Of a DNA stretch of 64,000 bases, positions 11,693 to 24,915 are shown piece after piece. The position numbers were made by a program, and so were the translations under genes. The notes under the pieces were generated by a model. It did no database searches. It saw nothing but the letters and a program-made list of their open reading frames with translations, and was not told the DNA's origin. The DNA is from Lama glama (lineage: Eukaryota): contig CM052818.1 of the NCBI GenBank assembly GCA_028534125.1, forward strand, positions 4,094,001-4,158,000. The letters run 5' to 3'. Position 1 is the stretch's first letter; the number at the start of each line of letters is the position of its first letter.

Positions 11693-14600
11693 GAGAGGAC
11701 TCCTGTGGCTTATTTAATAACTGTAAATGTGTATATTTTGTGTTCCTATTTAATGAGATTATTTAAGAAGGGTGTACAGATCATAGGGGCTTGCTGCCTT
11801 AGGGAATTTTGACAGATCGGTTTGTTCAGGAAATCACATAATTTACAGTCTAGTCCCTTCCAATCTGTTTTCCTTTGGACTTGCCATCTCCTGGCAACAC
11901 CCTCTCTAACAGCGAGCGGCAAGCCCACACTCCTTGTTCTCTATGTCAGTTTGAAAGAAACACCCCTAAGCAGAAATACGGTGTCAAGAGGCAGATAATG
12001 TGTATGTATATGTGTACAGAGATAAACTTATAAAACCCTTTCGTTTCCAGAGAGGCAGATTCTACTCACACACATGCATGGCTGAATCAAATGTGCATGT
12101 GTTGAAAGCCAGTGGTATGTTCTCGGTCCGCTCTTCTCTGAGTAGCAGTTCCATCAAGGTAACTGGCGCCAGGAAGTTCATCATTCCAGGAAGCCCTCCA
12201 TTTCCTAAATACTATTGGAAACGTAGGTGTCACTTTTGTCGGTTGGGTTTTACCATCACTCACAGCAGCAGGGCCTGGGGAAAGCAGGCTGCATGTTCGA
12301 GGGGAGGGGTTATTTGATACAGAAACCAAGTGGCTTCAAGAGGCCGTGACCTTAAGGGACAACAGCAAAAGGATGAACCCACAGGGGACCCATGTGCTGT
12401 GGAGGGCAGTGCCTGGTCAAGGAAGGAAAAGAGAAGGGACTTCAGGGTGACATCCGTTTCTGAAGCGGTAGGAAAGCAAGGCCACGTGTGTTGGCCTTTG
12501 TGGCTGCAGAGGGTACCAGCGGTGGGAGGAGGCTCGTAGGGGCAGAGGGGCAAAGGGTAGAGATGCTATCCTAGGATATGTTTTGCAAAATAGTAAGCAG
12601 TTCTAAGTGGAGAGTTAAATATCTTGGACAAAATAAAGTTACCAAAGACCAAGAAGAGGAAAATCAGAAGGGACCTGTTTGTTGGACAATCCACTTCTTG
12701 TATTTTTCTTCAATTCCTCATGTGTCTCCCTTGCCTCTGAACCTCTGCTCCTGTTTATTTCCACCTTTGCCCTCCTTCTCTCTTTTTTGCCGCAGGGCCT
12801 TATGCCCTTCTCCCATTCCTGTGTCCCCTGCCTTCCCTGGCCTTCGCGGCACCTACTGTGAGCTGGAAGGGGACAACTGACAGCATTTTCTCTTAGGATC
12901 AAAGGAGCTAGTGCTCTAATTTCTGGATTTCCCCCTAATATTTTATTTAGCTTATTTGCTAATATCCTTTAGAAAGTGTTTCGTTCCTGAAGAATACTTA
13001 AATGTAAGAGAAAGAAAGCCGGCGTCAAAATGAATCTACTCAAAATGAATCAATAAATAGACACACAAGCAAATGACCGGAAAGCTAAGCCTGAATTTTG
13101 AAATCAGGTTGGTGCCGTGGTAGAAATCCTGTAGCCTTCCCGTCCTTCCCACTCTGCAGTCCTTCCAGTTGGGAAGTGGCCAGGACTAAGGGACTGGGAC
13201 GTGTTCCTGATGGGAGTGGTCCGGGGCGCCTGCCTGGCAGTTGGCCCTTTGGAAGGACTCTGGCTCCGGTCGGTCTCGGTTGCCCCCACGCAGGATCACA
13301 GGCGTGGTGGGGGGAGAACCAGAGCAGAGCAGTTCTCAGACTGTCCTGACAGACAACATGAACGGTCCAAGCTAGAACCAGGAATGTGGTTTCCCGTACA
13401 TTGTGTCCTCCTTATCCCCATTGAAAGTTTCTTTAAGAAGCCTTGCACTTTTTTTTCCCCCTCTGGGAAACCATCAGCCTTCCTTTCACAAAGCTCTTGG
13501 GGTCACGTACTCATAATGCACTAAAAAACAGAGGCAAGGAAAACTATTCTGAAGGACATTTTGCCCAATTTGGACCACAGCCCTAGACATCCATTGTCTG
13601 CTGGTGTCCAGAGGGCGAGTCTTGGAGAATTCATTGCCCCTAGAAGAGTGGTATTTTGGCCATCAGTGGGTATCGAGTGATTGACAATTCGAGCTAGCCA
13701 TGCAACTCAGAATCATTCAGTTATGGAATAAGCACCATAGAAAAGGATGTGCTTGTGTGTATGTGTGTGAATGTTACTGGCTTCACATAGCGCTCTCAGC
13801 GGGATGGGGTGCAGCCTTCACATCCGTGGTGCATACTGTTCACTCATATGCACTACGGTACCTCTTATCCTTTCTACAGGACGCTGTGACAGACACACAG
13901 TAAAACCTTTGTTGAAGGGAATTGTTCTAGTTAGATAAACATCAAGCAAAAATTTCTTTATATGTAAAATACATAAAACACTGGTACGCTGGTAAAGGCT
14001 TTGTAACCAGCAATGGAGGCGGGGAGGGGGTGGGAGGGCGGGGAATAGCTCTGATTTGTGGATTTCAATGGTGTAAATACTTCCTCCATAGCCCATTTCC
14101 AGTTACCGATATGATGTCAACTGGCTTGTGAAATTCCTGAAAACTTAACAGTGGCTCTCGGGGACCATGTGCGCTGGCTCTTGCGTCCCGCTGCCGTTCG
14201 GATGCTGATAGAACAATGGACAGTGTGATGCACCAGGCCCTGCCTTCCTCATGCCCTCTGCCGGCTCTGCCAGGCTCCTGGAGAAGCCGTGTGGTGAGCA
14301 CTTAGAATCACTCTTCCGTTAAAGACATGTGACAATCTAGGCTGTTGGCGATCAGGCTGCATATTCCAGATGCTTCTCCTTTTACTGCAGGGCAGATGTA
14401 AACACGCTCCTCTACGATTTCCTTCAGCCCTGTGGAAAGAGAGTGCAGAAAGCCGCATACTGGTTACTCCAATGTGGCTTGTTGCATTTTTTTTCTTTCT
14501 TTCTTCTCATCAAAAAAATGAAAACACACAAACCGTAAGTAAAAGAGTTCTGGCAGCTCCCCCAGGCCTCCTGAAGCCTGCTTACAAGTCCTCTGCATCC

Positions 14601-16272
14601 CTGCATCAATAGAAGGCAGGAAGGCGTCAGATCCTTAAGATGGTAGAACTCCCTAATGTCTTTTCTGGCCATAGACCTTTGCTGTTATCCCACGCCAGTC
14701 TTTTCCCCACTTTTATGGCAGATTTATCATCCCTGAAGTTGATAAACCTCAATGACTCTCGAGGAGAAAGATAGCAGAGGGACTTCGGCAGCCAACAACC
14801 AAAAGATTCGTGGAAAACTTTCTTGGCTTCCTACTATTTATTGATGGATATATTTATTTTTGTAATATAGTGTAGATTACCAAATATTTTATTTTTATGT
14901 TTGTGATTCCCTCTTGGAACACATAGTTTTCTGTGCTTTTCAAATAGTGCCTCCTCCTGAGCTTGGCTCCTTTACAATGGATGGCCTGTGTTTTCATCTC
15001 TCTCTTTTTGGCAGCAAAATTGCCTGTTATTCGGAGGAGCCTTGCCAAAAGCTTGCCATAACTTTGTATATTTGTATCTGGTAGGCATGCTGTGAGCCCC
15101 GTGACGTATTTGCTGATTTGTAAATAGGACAGTTTTAACCAAAGTGTAGGTGTTGCAGAAAATATTTAACCAATACATTGCCATGTTGTTCTAATGAGCA
15201 GACACTGCCATTTTGCTGCGAGAGGAAAATTTCAGGCTGTAAGGGACTTCGATTGCTGCTCCGTGAATGGAGACGGTATTTAATTGGGGCCTCCCATCCC
15301 CCAAACGGGGTGTTTCCCCTCTGTATCCATTGCTTTCACTGACCCACCAATTCAGAGATCCGACTGGACAAATTCACTTGTAATTGGACCAGTTACTCTA
15401 TAAATGTAAAAATATTAATTTAGTGATATCCCAAAAGACTCAGGCTCATGGTGCCTAAACCCTGTGTATGGTTTCTGTTTTTTTGCCTGTGAAATCAATG
15501 GCAAATACTTTTCTCAGAACTGTTAGTAAATATTTGAGATTCTGTGGAATCTGTATTCTTTAAGTAAAAAATATTTTCACAGAAAGGAATTTTGCATATG
15601 ACATCTTACTGGACTCATCAACAAACCACAGAGTCCAACAGTGTCTTAGTAAAACCATTTGCAATTTGTCTGTAACACTGAGGGGACGTTGCCCCTCTGA
15701 AAGACTGTGAATCTTTCCACAGAGTCACGACGGGTCCTATGTAGCCCTTTTCAGTTCTGCTAAGAGAGCAATGCTTCTGTGACCCTGTGCATTTTCTTGA
15801 ACTCCAGCAAGACATTTGATGTCACACGTTAGATAGAAAGAGAATAGATAACATTGTATAATAGCAGTGTAAAAGGCGGTTTCTAGGTGTGGACGTGTGT
15901 TTGTAAGTTAATAGCCCCATCAAGGAGTGACTGTTTGTCGTGATCAGCGTGTTATTTCTATCACACACGAGCACTTGTTTTGTGAGTGTCTGTCCTGATT
16001 GCAGCGAAGATGTGGACGCACTGTGCTCGTGGCCACCTCACGAGCCTCCACAAATACAGAAAGGAAGTCAGCTAATTCCACAGTTACACCGAATCAGATC
16101 AAGTGTATCCATGTTCTCCTGTAACACCTGTTCATTACCTATGTCCAAATTTACATAGTAATTGTTAGACGGAAATGAAGATGGATATGAATATTTTGCA
16201 CTGTGTTCAGAAGCAACCTGTGTACATGCAGACTCATCCTGCTCAATAAAATGGGAGAATTATTTTGACAAC
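11693..16272 (+). other. BMP10: Putative long BMP10 3'UTR ending at a distal poly(A) site
   Basis: No recognisable interspersed repeats for ~4.6 kb after the stop. AATAAA at 16245-16250 with upstream TGTA and downstream CA plus GT/T-rich tract. Other AATAAA at 12632, 13052 and 16372. Confidence 0.55.
16245..16250 (+). terminator. Candidate distal polyadenylation signal of BMP10
   Basis: AATAAA, preceded by TGTA and followed ~20 nt later by 'gacaacaattctgtgttgcttattttt'. Confidence 0.5.
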
Positions 16273-18209
16273 AATTCTGTGTTGCTTATTTTTCCTTGAG
16301 GTAAAATCTTTTCCACATTCCCTGCCTCCCTCCCCCCAACCCTATTTCTGTTTCACAGTATATCCAGATAGAATAAAACTTTCTGCTCTCTTAACAGAGC
16401 GTAGCCTCTAAATGGTCTCAGCAGAGAGCGACTCTATGGCTCTTCCATTTCCCACAGCTTTCTGTAAATCCCAGGAATGCCAGAGACACACCAGAAGATG
16501 GAAATTGGCTCCTTTTTGTCAATAATTGAGAAATGTTTCCTCTTTGAATTTGGAACCAGGCAGCTTTTAAAAAAATTACTTTGGGAAGACTGTTCAGGCT
16601 AAATTTCACTGAAATTTGATTATTGAGCCTTCAGAGATGTTCAGGCTTGGGAAGAGACGGGCTTTGAAGAGAATTTTAAAGTTATCTGAGGGCCATTCGA
16701 TCCCACAGCCCACCGAAGCGCCTTTTATCTTTTCTGCAACTATTACTGGTGAGAAGTGAACATACTACCTTCTTAAGAGCACCTGGTATATTTTTAGAGG
16801 TGCTGCCTTGATTGAACTCATTTCCTTGAATAGCTTTAAGTCGCTAACCCATTTGCACAAAACTCACTGCAGGAGAGATGAACATGAGCTCAAAGTTGTT
16901 CCTTAGATGGAACTGAAGTCTCTCCTGTGTCCCTCGTAACTTCCCAGTTCCCAGCTCTTGCAAATATCTAATCCATTTTCATGTCAGTCCCTCCAAACTG
17001 CAAATAACTCTCCTGTCTTTCTGAATCCACGGTTCCCCCTTTCCCTGCAATAGGGTGTGTTTGAACACGTGGCCCCGAAACAGTGGACTCCCTTAGCCGG
17101 ATGGAAACACGAGGAAAGCCTGCACTTGGGCGGGACCTGGGCCTGAGGGGCTAATAGACTTGGTGACCAGAGGCTGCCGCCTGTCCTGGAAGGAAGTGCA
17201 TTCTTATGTCACAATGTGGGATATGAAGGACAGAGAGAAAGTTGCGGGGTGGGGGTGGGGCAGAGAATCCTTTCGTCAGACTGTCATCCTGCACCTCTTT
17301 GGGAGGGAATCCTCCCACGTGCAGACTATATCTGGCAAGTGCCTCGGCAGAGAGCACGGCCTTTGTCCGTCTGTGTCAGAACAGGGAAGAGCGAGACGAG
17401 GAGTTTGAGTCATGGAGGAAAGAGAGCTGAGAAACAAGATGGGGCTCTGGTTAGGGCTGGAATGAAAAAGCTTGAAAAGCCCTTCTTATGACTTGATTTT
17501 GAATTCTTCAGCAACGCAGTCCTTCTCTTCTGTGAATAATTCCATCTGACCTGAGCCGGGCAGCAGGAGACCAGCCCACTAGGGTTGTAGGAGTTTCTCA
17601 TCTACTGATACAGCCAGAGGTCGTGTTGGGCAGATGGGGTGGCAAGTGCTTTGGGGGGTGGTTTGTTTACCAAGCAAGAGAAAACAATTATTTCCAAAGC
17701 TTAGATTATACACTGAATAATACTCACAGGTTCGAAAAGTGCTCCCATCGCAAATGGATCTTTGTGGTGTTGGGGGAAAACCATGCCACGAGACCGTCCG
17801 TGTGTGACTCCAGTCACGCGGGTGAGAGCCCACTTTCGTGCAGAAGTGACTATTTGTAAATAAGGGGCCTATTTGGAGAAGGTGAGAGCTTGTTAACTTG
17901 GGTGGTTATAAATGGATTATGAGATTATCTCCAACTCACTCTCCCGAACTGTCAGTTTACAAGAACCAGTTCCGGCCCTCTCTTAACCTTCCTCGGACCA
18001 TTCACACAGACCCAGAGTAGCTCCTGGCGTCCCGAGAAGCAAGCCCAGAAACACGCAGACACCCCAATCCATTTTTATTCTTAAATGTGATTCTGAGAAC
18101 CTTAGAAAAAAATTCAGGTCACTTAGTTCAAATTAAGATTCTTTGGTGGGACTCCAGGAGAAAATTTTCACTCACAGGACACAAGGTCAGCTTTCTGGTA
18201 CAGCATGGA

Positions 18210-18500
18210 AATGGTGTTAGAAAACACAGTTCTAACCCCTCATTAGTATTTTTGCCTAAAACGCGTAACATCACTTGACCGATTATGAGAGACTATCAGA
18301 TGAACCCATTTGAAGGACATTCTACAAAATAACCAGGCTGTACTCCCTAAAATCCTCAATGAAAGGCAAAGAGAAACTGAGGAACTGTTAGAGGTTAAAA
18401 GAGGCTAAAAAGACAGGACAGCTAAATGCAACGTGTGACCCTGGATTGGGCCCCAGATGTTCCCCCCCCCCGCCCAAAATGGGCAAAAGGACATCATCTT
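18210..18500 (+). mobile_element. L1MC-like 3' fragment
   Basis: 'ggacattctacaaaataacc...ctaaatgcaacgtgtgaccctggattgg'. Confidence 0.6.
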
Positions 18501-19307
18501 TTTGTTACGTTCACTCCTGCCCAGAGGGACTGCTCCGCTCAACTCCTTCAATTGTACACCGTCAAACGACAGTCATTTTAGAACATCTTCTGCGTGATTA
18601 TGGCTCTTTTTCTGAAGCTGTGGAAAATTGTGAGCAATCAGGCTTCTGCCCGATGTAATCTCTAAAAATCAAGCTGGCAGCATTCAAAACAAGACCTTGG
18701 CCCGGGAGGTAAACTCAACAGAAGGAACAGAGCCGAAGGGAAACTGTTCTTCAGCGTGGCAAACGTGATGTCAGTGCGGGAGCTGCAGCCAAACATTTTC
18801 CTGAAATAACCAAGCTCAACACACCATTCCCTGAAAAGAAGCACGCTTTTTAGGCAGTAAACCATCTGCTTCAAGTGTTTAGAAAACGGATCTCCAATCA
18901 CGGGTAATTTAAACTTCCTTATACCCCAGTTCAATGTTTGATAAGGGAAGAGTGCTAACAGGATGGGAACTGAGTTACTATATTAAGAAACCCAGCCAGA
19001 ACGAAAAACAGCCCCCTGCAGTTATTTTGTTTATGCTCCAGATCCATCTGTTTTAATTAACATGATATTTAACACGGGACCAGCTCCTGTTACATCTTTT
19101 GCTGCAACTGTCACATGTTTTGTTCTTTGAGGTTTTTTTTTAAATTTTGAGATTTTGTTGTTGTTTTTGCCTTTCTTTCTTCTTTTTTTTTTTTCAAATT
19201 CCTACAAAAGCACAACGCAGTGAAGTCACATCATCACATCCTAGCTCCCAAAAACCAGGCCCCCTCTTACTTGGTACCGTTTGGGGTCATGTGTCAGGTG
19301 TCAGCTG

Positions 19308-19497
19308 TCAGGTTGCTAGATGAGATAAAGAATGTCCAGTGAAATCTGAATCTAAGATAAATAATGAAAAATTTGTTTAGTATGCCTCAAATATTGCATA
19401 GCACATCCTTATCCTTAAAAAGTGTATTTGTTGTTTATCTGAAATTCAAATTTAATTGACCGTCTTGTATTTTATTTGCTAAGTTTGGCGGCCTTCA
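19308..19497. mobile_element. MER53-like palindromic MITE
   Basis: The arm 'gaaatctgaatctaagataaataa' is an imperfect inverted repeat of 'ttgtttatctgaaattcaaattt'; termini ggttgctaga / tttggcggcc. Confidence 0.75.
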
Positions 19498-19965
19498 TGG
19501 GCTACTGCTCAGAAGTTTACATGAGTGGAAAGAGCCAGGGGAAATGAAGTCCTACTCCCCCTGACCCCCAGAAGGACTACTCAGAGGGTCACAAGTCAAG
19601 TCTACTAGGGTTCATTGTTGAAGAACAGCTTTGAGATTTCAGGTTGGAATCCACTTGACCGTGACACCGCCTAACACTAAAAACAGTAGCAATTCTGAAA
19701 ACACCCTCCTCCTCATTTCCCTGGAAATCTTACCTACAGATTTTCTATGTTTCATGATGACTTTGCCTCTTTTGGATTTTGTTATATTCATAAGCGTGAA
19801 ATTGCTAGAGAAAAAGGCAGTGCACATTTAGACCATCTGAGTCTGAGAGATACTGCCGAGTTACTCTCCAAAACAGTCAGTCCACATCATACCCCATCAG
19901 CTGTGCACAAGAGGTCTGTTCCCGCTGAGTTTTCAATATCCAATACTATTGCTTTCCTTAGCATC

Positions 19966-20422
19966 TGTGGCTTTGATCGAAATATGCCCCCCTCAAAGTA
20001 CGTGTTAAAGCCCTAACCCCCAGTACCGCAGCATGGGATCATATTTTAAAACTGGGTCTTCAAAGAGGTAATCAGGTTAAAATAAGGTCATTAGGATGGT
20101 CCCTAACCCAGAATGACTGATGTCCTTATAGAAAGGGCAAATCTGGACACAGACACAGAGCTGCACACAGGGAGCACACCATGTAAAGATGAAGCAGAGG
20201 TCAGGGGGATGCATCGCCAAGATCAGGAAGGTCAAAAATTGTCAGTAGACCACCAGAAGCTAGGGAGATGCATAGAGTGGATACCCCATCACAGCCCTCA
20301 GATGGAACCAACTTTGCAGACACTGTCATCTTAGACTTTTAGCTTCCAGCATTGTGAGGTTTGTGTTGTTTAAGCCACTCAGTGTTTGTACTTTGTTACG
20401 GCAGCCCTGAGAAACTAGTACA
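19966..20422 (+). mobile_element. MaLR LTR (MLT1B/C-like) inserted in an old L1 fragment
   Basis: TG start; 'ccctaacccccagtacc...gaggtaatcaggttaaaataaggtcattagg'; end 'tttgttacggcagccctgagaaactagtaca'. Confidence 0.85.
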
Positions 20423-21124
20423 GATGCCAAGTACAATAAATTTAATTAAATACATTGAAATTTATTTCTTTTATGATTGGTAAGTATGATTTGAATATAT
20501 TTGAATACATTTACATATTTCTTGATTAATCCTCTTTATTCCCTCAATAGACTTAGCCTACCTTTTACCCATTGTTCACATTCTTCTAATTGACTTGTTT
20601 GAATCTGTATATGATGTGAAATGAATCCTTTGTTTTATGCTGCCAATAGGTTCCCCAGTTTGTTGCTTGTCTCTGAGTTTTCAAAAATATTGTATTTTGC
20701 TGTTCAAAACTCCTACATTTTTATTCAGTCAAATCTGTCAGTCTTTTCCTTTGGAGTTCTTGGCTTTGTGGGTCATGCTTAGAAATGGTTTGTTTGCCTC
20801 AAAATTATTAAAATGTTTTGTTGGCAGAGTAATGTTTGGCCTGGGTTAAGGAAACAGTCAAGGGAAGGAGAAGAGATAGAGAGACTAGGAAAGTCTTTTC
20901 CTGACTAAGACTATCATGAGCCAATTTCACGCTGAGCCTGGAACAGATTTAAAGCTTCATTTTCTCCTGTGAGTTCTTTAAAAACCTCCAATTTTGCAAT
21001 TGCCTTTGAATCTACAGTTCCTAAGGGCTGGTTACTGGCTCCTACAACACCCAGGGAACCAGGAGCACACCCTGGGTTCTTTGTGCTAATGTCCCACCAT
21101 GTCTTTAGGCAATCTTATTGGATG

Positions 21125-21570
21125 GGGTTGTGATGCTGTATCACTGTATAATGAACCCTACCCAAACGATGCTTTGAACAATAACAGTCATTTATTTCGC
21201 TCATGAATCTGAGGATTGATTGGGCCCAAGGAGGAGATTCTTCCTTGACATCCTGGGCAGTCAGATGGTGGCTGGGGCTTCATCATCTCAAAGGCTTCCT
21301 CCCTTACACGTGTGACACCTGGCCTGGGACCCCTTAGGTCTCTCTCTGTTCTCTCCATGTGGTCTCTCCACGTGGCTACCTCAAGGTAACCAGACTCCTT
21401 ATAAGATGGCAGAAGGTTTCCAGGGTACGTGTCTAGCCTTGAGAGACATGCAACATCACTTCTGCCATATTCTATTTGTGGCCAGCCAGCTCATAACCAA
21501 TGGATGGGAATTAGACTCCATCTTCCAGAGGAAGGTGTACTGATAAAATTTCAAACATCTTTTAAAACCC
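21125..21570 (-). mobile_element. Old MaLR LTR (MLT1H/J-like)
   Basis: 'catttatttcgctcatgaatctg...catcacttctgccatattctattt' resemble MLT1 motifs. Confidence 0.6.
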
Positions 21571-22054
21571 CCATAGCTAATATCTGAGAAGTCTCTAAGG
21601 TAATTCTCTCTTTTTTGTGCACTGCCCGCCCTGGGACCACAGGAAACACATGCATTCCTCGCTCTCCCGGACCCAGCTCGGCAGTAACTGCTCATTACTC
21701 CGCCGTCAGAGGGGACACTGGTTCACCTCTTGAGCTTAGATTGGATGGGGCTCAGACTTGAGTCATTCATGCTCTTCCTTCAAACACAGGAAACATATCA
21801 GGCTCTCAGGAGGCTACAATTTGAAGTAACTCTTACTACACCTGACGTAACGGGCAAGCATTCTTTCCCTTCCCCTTCAATCCAACAATAAGAGCTAGTC
21901 ACAGTTAATAAAGAGACATTCAAAATGAATTAATAATCACTAAAATCAAGTTTTGAAGAATACCTATAGGCATGGCAAATACTTTCTTAAAAGGAAATTT
22001 TTTTCTTAAATTAAGTCAAATCATAATTTTTTTTTTGGAAAGTTCCCTAGTGTT

Positions 22055-22455
22055 TTTTTAATTAATTAATTAATTAATTAATTAATTTATAAATTTAATT
22101 TTATTGAGTTATAGTCATTTTACAATGTTGTGTCAATTTCCAGTGTACAGCACAATTTTTCAGTTATACATGAACATACATACATTCATTGTCGTATTCT
22201 TTTTCACCGTGAGCTACCACAAGATCCTGTATATATTTCCCTGTGCTATACAGTATAATCTTGTTTATCTGTTCTATATATGCCTGTCAGTATCTACAAA
22301 TTTTGAACTCCCAGTCTGTCCCTTCCCACCCCCTCCCCCACCCCCCACCCCCCACCCCCGGCAACCACAAGTTTGTATTCTAGGCCTATGGATCTGTTTC
22401 TGTTTTGTATTTATGTTCATTTGTCTCTCTCTCTCTCTTTTTTTTTTTTTAGATT
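22055..22455 (-). mobile_element. Young camelid-type L1 3' end with an (ATTA)n-converted tail
   Basis: 'ttgagttatagtcattttacaatgttgtgtcaa...' 3'UTR, near-identical to the copies at 24721 and 59000; possible short TSD tgttt. Confidence 0.85.
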
Positions 22456-23539
22456 TGTTTAAGCCAGAGCTTAGAGGTCTCTTTCAGTTCTCTTGGTTTA
22501 TTAGATTTTAAAGCTCCGTGTGGAATTCTTGATCTTTGGACAAAGGAGTCATAGAAAAATTAAGTAACTTCACTGAAGTCATCTAATCAGTCAGTGGAAG
22601 ACTTAATCACAAGACCTGGATATATAGCAACCTCAGGTGACCAAGATGTTTTTAGTGGAGTTGTCGCCTGAGATTTGCCTCAATACTTGTTTGTTTAAAT
22701 GGGCAGAAAACAAACAAAACACTCCAGATCCTCTTAGACTCTCTTCTGCATTTTCCAAACTTTCATGGATCAAAAGCCAGATCTGAACAAATAAATATCC
22801 CCAAGCAATATTATTTAGCCAGTAGGGATCTACGTAACGTGGTTGAATGCCATTGGCTTGAGGAGTTGCAAAGTGAGAAGCAAAGTGCTTTTGAGAGAAC
22901 CCAGGACATGTGTTGAAAAGCTACATGTGGCGTTAAGTAAAAGTTGAAGGGAGGGTGGATTCACACGGCAAGTACGGTAACCAAGTCCCATGACCCATCA
23001 CCTTTGGGTTTGTTGTGTTTTGCCATGACAACTGCTTATCTTTGGTAGATGTTTTTGGATCCACAGCTGACACATGAGGAAGAGGTTTTTCTTAACAGGT
23101 TTGACAAACAAAGACTGAAAATTCAAGAGCTTTTCACGAGGAGGATACTAAGGGGTTTATTATAACTGCCCTTTTCATCAACATATAAGCGATGTCAAAA
23201 AGACACTGAATGGAGAGTACTGGTCACTCTGAGTTCTGATATTCACCAATAAGACACAGTTAATCAATCGTGTACAGCTAAATTGAGCTGTTTAGATCGA
23301 TTACGAGTGCTCTTACTAGCAAAATAACTTAAAATCAACAACAGAAAGATCAAAGTATTTGCCTCTAACTCTTGTACCAGCTTGAAGTCCCAATGCCAGG
23401 CTTCAGACTTTGCCGTGTCATTCTGAGCCTGCATGGACATCTTGTGTACTGGTACATCCCTACTCCGTCTTCTTCTTAGACCATCAAAGGACCCCACCAT
23501 TCTCTGAGCTATCTAGACCTGGGATGGTAACCCCAGAGG

Positions 23540-23825
23540 CCCGGCAAGTGACATAAACAAGTGAGGGGGCTGGAGGCCATGGACCGCTGGAGAGCTCAGG
23601 CCCCCGCTGATGGCAACAGCAGCTCCCAACCACTGTTACCACAGTAGAGTTTGGGCCCACGTGTACCAGATCTTCCAATTTTTAAGATAAATTTGAAATC
23701 TGGAATTTTAAATTTTTTGAATTCTTCCATCCAATTGCAGAAAGTGTCTCCATTCTGAGAAGTACACAAAATACATCTGTGAGACTAATTTGGCCCCTAA
23801 GCTACTTCTCTGCCCTCTCTGGCCT
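23540..23825. mobile_element. MER102-like hAT relic
   Basis: 'gggcccacgtgtaccagatcttccaattttt...gaaatctggaatttt...tacatctgtgagactaatttggccc'. Confidence 0.55.
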
Positions 23826-24720
23826 TGAGGTTCATTGGGACACTGGGATCGCATTCCTCCTGACCAGGACCGTGACTCTTCCCACTGAACCTAGCAATCG
23901 CGTCTGGAACTGGAAGTGTGTCTCCTGAGGCTCATTCTCTCTGTTCAACTCCCAGCTGCTTCTCTTGGTCAAAGTGGATCAGGAGTTGGGTCAAGAGCTT
24001 CCTTGCCCTGCAGTTCTGGGCAGATGACCTCTGCTCTTGCTGATGCAAAGCCAATAGCATCCCTACTGTTGATCCTGGCTTTGTTTCTACAGCTCACCAT
24101 TAGAGTGAGACTTTATTTAATAAAGAGACATTCTGTTTCAATGGTCCTCAAGCTAGTTTTGTGCATTAGAATCATGTCAGGAATAGTTTTTAAAACAGGG
24201 TCCCTGGTCTTAGCCAAGAAAATCACATTGAGTCAAATGGTTATAACTTCAGGCAGCAGTTCTCAAAAGTTTTATTCTCAGGACCCCTTTACTTCCTTAA
24301 AAATTACTAAAGGCCAACAGCTTGTGTTTGGGTAGGTTAGAGCTCTTGATATTTACTATATTACAAATTCAAACTGGAAGGTTAAAAGCCCTATTTATCA
24401 ATTCATTTTAAAATTAACAAACTCATTGTACATTAATAGAAATAACATATTTTTGTGCCTAATATATTATCCAGGACAAAACTGATGTCATGAGAAGATT
24501 GGCATTGCTTTACAATTTTGCAAAAATCTTCCATGTCTGGCTTACTAGAAGGCAGCTGGATTCTCATACTTGCTGCTGCATTTAATTTATTACAATATTT
24601 TATTTTGGTTGAAGTAGATGAAGGAAATGTGACCTCCTACATATTTGTAATTGAAAAAGGGAGGCATATTTTCACAGCTTATTCGGATGATTATGGATAG
24701 TCTTCTTTGATGCTGTATTA

Positions 24721-24878
24721 AAATATATACAAGATCTTATGGTAGTTCATGGAGAAAAAAAATGTGACAATGAATATATGTATGTTCATGTATAACTGAA
24801 AAATTGTGCTCTACACTGGAATTTGATACAACATTGTAAAATGATTATAAATCAATAAAAAATGTTTTAAAAAAACAA
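24721..24878 (+). mobile_element. Short young L1 3' end
   Basis: '...gttcatgtataactgaaaaattgtgctctacactggaatttgatacaacattgtaaaatgattataaatcaataaaaaa' followed by an A-rich tail. Confidence 0.85.
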
Positions 24879-24915
24879 ACAGTGATTGTTTCTTAAATGT
24901 TAAGTGCAAGGTAAA

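Noticed and set aside
21700..21720. CTCF-like motif (ccgtcagaggggacac; also 2543-2559)
   Set aside because: Only a partial match by eye; needs PWM scoring or ChIP data.
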